Source: an uncultured Erythrobacter sp.
Lineage (GTDB): Bacteria > Pseudomonadota > Alphaproteobacteria > Sphingomonadales > Sphingomonadaceae
Length of the DNA: 64,000 bases
Assembly: GCA_947502305.1 (NCBI GenBank)
Contig: CANMZA010000002.1
Location: 275,041 to 339,040 of the forward strand
Direction: 5' to 3'
A program made the position numbers and the translations under genes. Shown here piece by piece: positions 58,139-64,000 of this stretch; positions within the stretch are counted from its first letter, which is position 1, and every line of letters begins with the position of its first letter. A model generated the notes under the pieces. It saw only the letters and a list, made by a program, of their open reading frames with translations, ran no database searches and was not told the origin of the DNA.

Positions 58139-59626
58139 CTAGTTTCCGCTGGGATTGCTTGCGATGTCCTCGCGCTGTTCCCAGCCAAACGCGCTGCGGA
58201 TGATGTCATAAATCACGTTTTGCTCGATCACACCGCGCGCTTTGTCGGCGCCGGGCCCTTGGGCATAGAGGGCCACGTCTTCACCCGCATGCGTCTCTGA
58301 ATAGAGCGGCACGGCGGATTGTTGGCGGGCTTCTATGCCGGTTTCGGGCGTTGGCCGATCAGCGTCCGTCGCAATCGCACCGGGGCCATTGGCATAGCCT
58401 AATGTGGTATAGGGCTGACCGTCATTTGCTGGCGTTGGTTCTTCTGTGTTGCTGATATCGCCCGACGGCGGCACCACCAGGCCCAGAATGTCATTCCCGC
58501 GCCGGGGATAGCCAGCGATTGTGAACACATGGCTGTGATCGGCGGTGACCAGGATCAGCGTCTCTTCTGGATCGGTGTTATCGATCGCATATTGAATGGC
58601 CCGCGCAAATTCGACGGTTTCTTCAAGAGCCAGACCCGCTTGGCCCATGTGGTGGCCGTGATCAATGCGGCCCGATTCGACCATCAGATAATACCCATCT
58701 GGATCGCGCGAGAGGCGGCTGATGGCTTGGCGCGTCATATCGGTCAGCGTCGGCTCTTCGGATTCTTCTTCGCGCTGGGCGGTGTAGGTCATGTGGCTGG
58801 GTGAGAAGAGGCCAAAGACCGGCACATCAAGCGGAGCCGATTCAAGCTGAGCCGCGGTCCGCACAAACGACCCATCGGTGCGAAGGACCCAATCCGCCGG
58901 GAGATTGGCATCGGTTTGCGTGCGGCGGCCGCCGACTTCTGTCCCATAGAACGGCGCGGAGCCGCCACCGAGCGCCACGTCCCAATCCGCTCTTATCAAT
59001 TGCGCAGCGATGTCAGAGCAACCTTGGCCGCGTTGATCCTCTGGAATGGCGGCGTCGTCTTCCCAATTGCGATCCGGGCTGCGGGCATAGACGCTGGCCG
59101 GGGTCGCATGGGTGATCCGCGCGGTGGACACGATGCCAAGCGCCAAACCGCGTTCTTTCACTTCTTCGCCCAGCAATGGCAACGGATGCGCCAATGCGCC
59201 CGCGCATGATCCGCGCGACGCCTCTGGGCCAACACCGAGGAAGCCAATATTGGTCTTGGACCCGGAATGCATGGCCGTTGCGGTCCCCGCGCTATCGGGC
59301 ACCTGCGCGTTCACATTGTAGGTTTTGACCAGCGCCACATTGTCGAAAGTCTCAAACGGCAGGACATATTCCTCGCCCGTCTGACCCCGTTGTTGCCCGG
59401 CATAAATGCGCGCGGCGGTGATGGTGGAAATGCCCATGCCATCGCCGATAAACAAAATGACGTTTTTCGCGCGCGGCTCGGTTGCCGCTTCGCTGGTGCC
59501 AGTTTCAGGTGCGCCGGGCGCAGGCGCAGCGGCGCTCGTATAGGTATCACCCTCTTGAATAACGCAGCCGCCTAGCGGCAAAGCGATGGTCGCGATTAGA
59601 GCGGCGGCAATCTTCTTCATCGTCAT
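58139..59626 (-). CDS. alkaline phosphatase (PhoA family) lipoprotein
   Basis: I start at ATG 59626 (495 aa). Lipobox LPLGGC. Motif FIGDGMG. Active-site Ser context VPDSAGTATAMHSG. Metal-ligand regions (DHGHH, TADHSH). Confidence 0.88.
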   Translation of the reverse strand: MTMKKIAAALIATIALPLGGCVIQEGDTYTSAAAPAPGAPETGTSEAATEPRAKNVILFIGDGMGISTITAARIYAGQQRGQTGEEYVLPFETFDNVALVKTYNVNAQVPDSAGTATAMHSGSKTNIGFLGVGPEASRGSCAGALAHPLPLLGEEVKERGLALGIVSTARITHATPASVYARSPDRNWEDDAAIPEDQRGQGCSDIAAQLIRADWDVALGGGSAPFYGTEVGGRRTQTDANLPADWVLRTDGSFVRTAAQLESAPLDVPVFGLFSPSHMTYTAQREEESEEPTLTDMTRQAISRLSRDPDGYYLMVESGRIDHGHHMGQAGLALEETVEFARAIQYAIDNTDPEETLILVTADHSHVFTIAGYPRRGNDILGLVVPPSGDISNTEEPTPANDGQPYTTLGYANGPGAIATDADRPTPETGIEARQQSAVPLYSETHAGEDVALYAQGPGADKARGVIEQNVIYDIIRSAFGWEQREDIASNPSGN

Positions 59627-59742
59627 ATCGTCTCTTCTTAAAAGCGCGTTTTGCACTCGCTATCGGCTTCCTGCGCGCCGTGCCATCATTTGTGCCAAGT
59701 GAAAGGTGGAAACTTTGGCCGCGCCGCTCTAAATCAGACCGC

Positions 59743-60531
59743 ATGATCTCAATCGCCACATGGAATATCAATTCGGTCCGCTTGCGCATGCCGATTGTCG
59801 AACACTATCTGCGCGAACATGCGCCAGACATTTTGTGTCTGCAGGAAATCAAATGCGAGGAAAGTAAATTCCCCGCAGAAGCCTTTGCCGCGCTGGGTTA
59901 TGAACATCAGGCGGTGCACGGGCAAAAGGGGTATCACGGGGTCGCCACAGTCAGCCGGATCCCGATCCGCGAAGTCAGCCGCCACGATTGGCAAGCCAAT
60001 GGCGAGGCGCGTCATGTTGGGGTGGAAATCACGGGCAAGGACGTGTTTGTCGACAATGTTTACGTGCCCGCAGGCGGCGATGTCGCAGACCGCGAAGTGA
60101 ACGCCAAATTCGGCCAGAAACTGGATTTTCTCGCGCGCATGACAGCGTGGGCAGAGACGCTGGATAAACAAACTTTGATCGTCGGCGATTTCAACATTGC
60201 CCCTTTGGAAAGCGACGTTTGGAGTCACAAGCAATTGCTGAAAGTCGTCAGCCATACGCCGCTGGAGGTGGAGACATTGCAGCGGTTTATGGACGCGCAT
60301 GGCTGGGTCGATTTGGGCCGCAAACATATTGCCGATCCGGCGCGCTATTTCAGTTGGTGGTCGTATCGGTCACCCGATTGGCGCAAGAATGACCGCGGAC
60401 GGCGGCTTGATCACATGTGGGCCAGCGAAGGTTTGGCGGCAAAATCAACTGGGCACAGCCTGCTTGAGGACGCGCGCAGCTGGGAAAAACCCTCCGATCA
60501 TATCCCGCTGATCACTGAGTTCGATATTTGA
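59743..60531 (+). CDS. xthA: exodeoxyribonuclease III
   Basis: I start at ATG 59743 (262 aa). Motifs IATWNINS, LCLQEIK, GDFNIAP, SDHIPL. Confidence 0.92.
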   Translation: MISIATWNINSVRLRMPIVEHYLREHAPDILCLQEIKCEESKFPAEAFAALGYEHQAVHGQKGYHGVATVSRIPIREVSRHDWQANGEARHVGVEITGKDVFVDNVYVPAGGDVADREVNAKFGQKLDFLARMTAWAETLDKQTLIVGDFNIAPLESDVWSHKQLLKVVSHTPLEVETLQRFMDAHGWVDLGRKHIADPARYFSWWSYRSPDWRKNDRGRRLDHMWASEGLAAKSTGHSLLEDARSWEKPSDHIPLITEFDI

Positions 60532-61619
60532 GCGAGGCCTCCGCTCCTCGTCCCTCAGCAGGTTCGCCAGCTAGACGCGCGGCACAGGCGGTGGACGCGC
60601 TGCGGCATGGCTGGCCGTTGGCGTTTGAAAATGGCCCGGTTCTGCTTCCGGTGGAAACCGCCATTGCCAGCGGGGCAACCGCGCCAAAGATGCTGATCTC
60701 TGCAGCGCGCGCGGCGACTTTGAAATTGGCCAATCAACGCGATGCGGCGGTCCCGCATGCTCCGGTTTTGATTCGCGGCGGCGAACCGTTTGATATGCGC
60801 GCCGCCGTGCCGATCGCAGATCCGGCGCTGGATCTGAATAACCCGCTTAAAGGGCCGTTCCGCTGCGAGGCGATTGATTGGGAAGAGACCGCCTTGGCCG
60901 CGATGGAGTTTGCGCGGATTGCCGGCATACTCCCCGCCTTTCTTGTCAATCCGCTTTATGCCGGGGAGCCGCATCCTGTGGCCGCCGCTGACCTTGCGAA
61001 ATATGCCGATGCGGGCACTTTGCAGATAATAACCCGCGCGCGCCTGCCCGTAAACGCCAGTGAAGCGGCGGAGATTGTTGCTTTCCGTTCCACCGCCGAT
61101 ACGCGCGAACATGTGGCGCTCATTATCGGCGATCAATGCGGGGACAGCGAGCCTTTGGTGCGCGTCCATTCCGAATGTCTAACCGGCGATATTCTGGGCA
61201 GCCTGAAATGCGATTGCGGCCCGCAATTGGATGCGGCGCTGCACGCTATGGCGGATCATTCCCAAAACAATGGCGGATGGGGCGCGCTGCTCTATCTGAG
61301 GCAAGAGGGGCGCGGGATCGGGCTCATCAACAAATTGCGCGCCTACCGATTGCAGGATCAGGGATTTGATACGGTCGATGCCAATCAACGGCTCGGCCTG
61401 CCGGATGAGGCGCGCGATTTTCCTGTCGCGGCGCGGATGCTCGAATTGCTAGGCGCGCGAACGGTGCGATTGATGACCAACAATCCGGCAAAGGTCGATG
61501 CTCTGACGCAGGCTGGGATCACCGTGAGCGAGCGGGTTCAACATCAATTGCCGGACAATCCCCACAATGCCCATTACCTCGCGACCAAACGCGATCGGTC
61601 GGGGCATTTGTTGAAATGA
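60528..61619 (+). CDS. ribA: GTP cyclohydrolase II with N-terminal extension
   Basis: 363 aa. The C-terminal 200 aa carry VRVHSECLTGDILGSLKCDCGPQL (zinc Cys triad) and LYLRQEGRGIGL. The N-terminal 150 or so aa are a degenerate extra domain. The ATG overlaps the xthA stop. Confidence 0.88.
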   Translation: MSEASAPRPSAGSPARRAAQAVDALRHGWPLAFENGPVLLPVETAIASGATAPKMLISAARAATLKLANQRDAAVPHAPVLIRGGEPFDMRAAVPIADPALDLNNPLKGPFRCEAIDWEETALAAMEFARIAGILPAFLVNPLYAGEPHPVAAADLAKYADAGTLQIITRARLPVNASEAAEIVAFRSTADTREHVALIIGDQCGDSEPLVRVHSECLTGDILGSLKCDCGPQLDAALHAMADHSQNNGGWGALLYLRQEGRGIGLINKLRAYRLQDQGFDTVDANQRLGLPDEARDFPVAARMLELLGARTVRLMTNNPAKVDALTQAGITVSERVQHQLPDNPHNAHYLATKRDRSGHLLK

Positions 61620-61628
61620 GGCGATAAA

Positions 61629-62162
61629 ATGCGCGGACCGGAAATTCCCATCACCATTCGGCCCGAATCGAGCGGCGACGAAAAGGTAATTTTCGACCTG
61701 ACCGAGGCCGCGTTCCGCGAAATGCCGTTTAGCGAAGGCGATGAACAGCACGTCATCAACCGGGTCCGCGCGGATGGCCAATTGACGCTGTCTTTGGTGG
61801 CAGAAGGCGCGGATCAGCCAAAGAGCCCTATCGTCGGCCATATCGCCATATCGCCGGTTACGATCACCGATGGCGCGGCGGGATGGTTTGGCCTTGGCCC
61901 GGTATCAGTCTGGCCCGAATTGCACCATCGCGGTATCGGCGGCGCGCTGATCACGCGAGCAATTGCCGATATGCGCGCGCGCGGCGCAAAGGGCATTCTC
62001 TTGATTGGCAGCCCGCTTTATTATCCGCGCTTTGGTTTTGAGCATGTCCCCCAAATCACATATCCCGGCGCGCCGCCAGAGGTGCTTCAAGTGCTGCTCT
62101 TAGAGGGGGAAATGCCGCGCGGCGAAGTTGCCTTTGCCCCCGGCTTTACAAAGCCAGCCTGA
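61629..62162 (+). CDS. GNAT-family N-acetyltransferase
   Basis: 177 aa. Acetyl-CoA-binding motif HHRGIGGALI (R/Q-x-x-G-x-G/A). Confidence 0.8.
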   Translation: MRGPEIPITIRPESSGDEKVIFDLTEAAFREMPFSEGDEQHVINRVRADGQLTLSLVAEGADQPKSPIVGHIAISPVTITDGAAGWFGLGPVSVWPELHHRGIGGALITRAIADMRARGAKGILLIGSPLYYPRFGFEHVPQITYPGAPPEVLQVLLLEGEMPRGEVAFAPGFTKPA

Positions 62163-62190
62163 CGCCGTTCAACATCAGCGCTGTTCAACA

Positions 62191-63168
62191 TCAGCGCCGT
62201 TCGTAATCGGTCAGCCCACTCGCCAAGCGATTGCCCGACATCGCAACGCGCGACCCTGTCCAATCGGCGAGGAACACGCTGCTGCGCTGAAGGCCGGGTA
62301 CGAACCGCGCTTCATTGCCCGTTACGGACAATCCGTCGGACGAATGCAAAACCGTTTCCGCGCCCAAGGCGATAAAGGCAGAGTAGTTTTCTTTATCGCG
62401 CCCTTGGATGAACCAATTGTCCGCAATTGCGCCGCCGCTGCCAGCGGGCAGGTCGATCATGTAATTCGTGGCACTGCCGCCTGCATCATCGAAGCTGTTG
62501 TTTTCGATCCGAACGGTGGCGGTGCGCGCTTTCAAATAATGTCCGCCGCGCCCGCGTTCAAAGCGGCTTTCAACCACGGTCAGCTCGCCATAATTGCCGA
62601 TATAGAGCGAATGCGCACAGCCAGCCGAATTTTCGCAAGTGCCCAGCCCGCTAAATGTGGAGCGCATGATGTAGATGTGGCCCTCCGGATCATTGCCGGT
62701 CAAGATGCCCTGCTGACTGTTGAGGAACCGCGAATAGGCGACGTTGAGCGCGCCTTTTTCGAGCCGGATGCCTGCGCCATTGCCGTCGCGCACTGTGATG
62801 TTGGAAAATGTGATCCCGCGCACTTCCGCGCCGAGGCCGCGCAGAACCAATGCCGCTTTTCCCTCGCAGGCGGTGCGGTCGAAAGTGACAGTGCCAAATT
62901 CTTGCGCTGCATAAACGATCACACCCGCCGTTTGCACAGCGCATTGGCGATAGGTGCCCGCAGCAATGTTGATGGTGCCGCGCTGTTCACCGATCGCATT
63001 GACTGCGCCTTGCAGCGATCCATAACTGCGGCCGGTTTCTGCAATCGTAAACGGCCCGCTATTTTGGGCAGAGACAGATGCGGCCGGAATGACCGCCAAG
63101 CCCAGTCCAAGGATCAGGGCAAGAAACACCCAATCGAGCGAGTTGGCGATGCGGCTGGCAAATTGCAT
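62191..63168 (-). CDS. secreted right-handed parallel beta-helix repeat protein
   Basis: Repeated 22-25-aa segments of the type xGITFSNITVRDGNGAGIRLEKGALNVAYSRFLNSQQGILTG. Signal peptide ...LGLAVIPAASVSAQ. The start is ATG 63168 or 63207 (the track gives 63279). The longer plus-strand ORF opposite it is a shadow. Confidence 0.7.
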   Translation of the reverse strand: MQFASRIANSLDWVFLALILGLGLAVIPAASVSAQNSGPFTIAETGRSYGSLQGAVNAIGEQRGTINIAAGTYRQCAVQTAGVIVYAAQEFGTVTFDRTACEGKAALVLRGLGAEVRGITFSNITVRDGNGAGIRLEKGALNVAYSRFLNSQQGILTGNDPEGHIYIMRSTFSGLGTCENSAGCAHSLYIGNYGELTVVESRFERGRGGHYLKARTATVRIENNSFDDAGGSATNYMIDLPAGSGGAIADNWFIQGRDKENYSAFIALGAETVLHSSDGLSVTGNEARFVPGLQRSSVFLADWTGSRVAMSGNRLASGLTDYERR

Positions 63169-63352
63169 TGCAACCGAGGGGCGAGCTTTTGCGGGAAGGT
63201 GTACCATGAGCAGCGCTGTAGAGCGTTTTGCCCTGGCCCGCGCCGCGCTGTTCAACCATGTGCCGTTACGGTGCAGCAATTGGCGCTTGGCTTAACCCGG
63301 CTCTGCCCGCTACACCGGGACGCAAATTCTAGGGATAGTGAGGAGAACCCCC

Positions 63353-63700
63353 ATGAAGACAATCGCAAAATACGCCGTAATCGGCGGGGCTGCTTTGGCC
63401 GTGGCCGCATGTGGAAACAGCAATGACGCCTCAACCGAGGCGATGCCGGAAACGGTTGAAATGCCTGCTGATGAAGCGTTGGAGCCGATTGCAGAAGAAC
63501 CTGTGGTCGACGAAGAAGCGCTTGGCCCGCCGGTTGATCCCGCCGCCAATGCGCCCGATCCCGTCACAACCGAAGCCGTCGCCGATGACGCCGCTGCGGT
63601 CGCCGACGAAGCAATCGCCGCTGTCGAAGCCGCAGAAGCTGCAATGGCCGCAGAGGCAGCAGAAGCCGCCGCTGCGATTGATGCAATCCCGGCCGAGTAA
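63353..63700 (+). CDS. acidic low-complexity lipoprotein
   Basis: ATG 63353 with GAGGAG 8 nt upstream. Lipobox LAVAAC. The remainder is Ala/Glu/Asp/Pro-rich. Confidence 0.55.
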   Translation: MKTIAKYAVIGGAALAVAACGNSNDASTEAMPETVEMPADEALEPIAEEPVVDEEALGPPVDPAANAPDPVTTEAVADDAAAVADEAIAAVEAAEAAMAAEAAEAAAAIDAIPAE

Positions 63701-63701
63701 G

Positions 63702-63986
63702 ATGACAGCCGGACGAGTTACCGCCGCTGCTTTTACCCCTGGGCTAGTTGCCCCTGGGTTGGCGGCGGCGGCATTGCTGCTGTCGGCTTGTGACCCGTCG
63801 GGCGGAACCGCGCCGGGCGCAGTCAGCGAAGGCGAGGCCGCCGCTCTGCAAGAAGCTGCGGAGATGCTGGAAGAACGGCGATTGCCGGACGGCGCTCTGC
63901 CGCCAATTGACGCGCCCGCCGCGCAGCCGGGCGAAGAGGCACCGCCAGCAGAAGACAACATTGCGAGTGAAAGCGACCCCGAATGA
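63702..63986 (+). CDS. small acidic lipoprotein
   Basis: The ATG at 63702 lies 2 nt after the previous stop. Lipobox LLLSAC. Glu/Ala/Pro-rich. The stop overlaps the next ATG (ATGA at 63983-63986), whose gene runs off the window. Confidence 0.5.
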   Translation: MTAGRVTAAAFTPGLVAPGLAAAALLLSACDPSGGTAPGAVSEGEAAALQEAAEMLEERRLPDGALPPIDAPAAQPGEEAPPAEDNIASESDPE

Positions 63987-64000
63987 ACACAGGTATGGAC

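Noticed and set aside
59680-59697. Possible sigma-54 promoter (TGGCAC-N5-TTGCA-like) upstream of the alkaline phosphatase gene.
   Set aside because: The second element reads ATGGCA rather than TTGC, and the GG-to-GC spacing is off by one relative to the -24/-12 consensus. It is kept only as a direct-repeat observation.
62128-63426. 432-aa plus-strand ORF, longer than the minus-strand beta-helix gene it overlaps.
   Set aside because: The translation is Arg/Cys/Ala-rich, with no repeats, signal or motifs. The minus-strand frame has a signal peptide and regular parallel-beta-helix repeats, so the plus ORF is an antisense artefact.

Overview
This 64-kb window is gene-dense (about 60 CDS) and GC-rich, and reads as chromosomal core rather than an accessory island. 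The gene content looks alphaproteobacterial, probably Sphingomonadales or Erythrobacteraceae-like; that call rests only on gene content (HWE histidine kinase, UrcA-like protein, DUF1330, DUF2147, DUF2157/GDYXXLXY, TonB-dependent receptor).

Confidently recognisable housekeeping genes:
- guaA, gyrB, lgt, glnD, ftsK, yggS, rpmG (55 aa, absent from the ORF track), lolA, arfB, xthA and ribA
- a pabB-pabC fusion
- a partial leucine-catabolic cluster (ivd ... mccB)
- an osmoprotectant-type ABC transporter, two acyl-CoA synthetases, oligopeptidase B, aminopeptidase P and an alkaline phosphatase
- an OmpR/HK two-component pair, an HWE sensor kinase and a 7TMR-DISM diguanylate cyclase

I found no tRNA, rRNA, CRISPR array, transposase, integrase, prophage gene or recognisable defence system.

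The observations most worth a second look:
1. A 725-codon ORF joins a roughly 308-residue Ala/Glu/Lys low-complexity segment (predicted long single alpha-helix) to a complete MidA/NDUFAF7-type (DUF185) methyltransferase. Its 5-prime end overlaps lgt by 103 nt.
2. A 540-nt ORF-free region (2996-3530) contains a run of stem-loops whose loops carry C/U-rich anti-Shine-Dalgarno-like motifs. It is either a candidate tandem sRNA array or a structured leader.
3. A secreted six-EF-hand protein sits directly upstream of an OmpR/HK pair, and the kinase periplasmic domain carries an Arg/Glu-rich segment echoing one in the EF-hand protein.
4. An RluA-family pseudouridine synthase has its conserved N-terminal motif upstream of any canonical in-frame start codon. 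The options are an ATT start behind a GGAG, or a frameshift.
5. A DUF2157 membrane protein / GDYXXLXY pair of unknown function begins a run of three neighbouring envelope genes that all end in 12-nt (tetrapeptide) tandem-repeat tails.

All family assignments come from reading motifs by eye. No database search was run.
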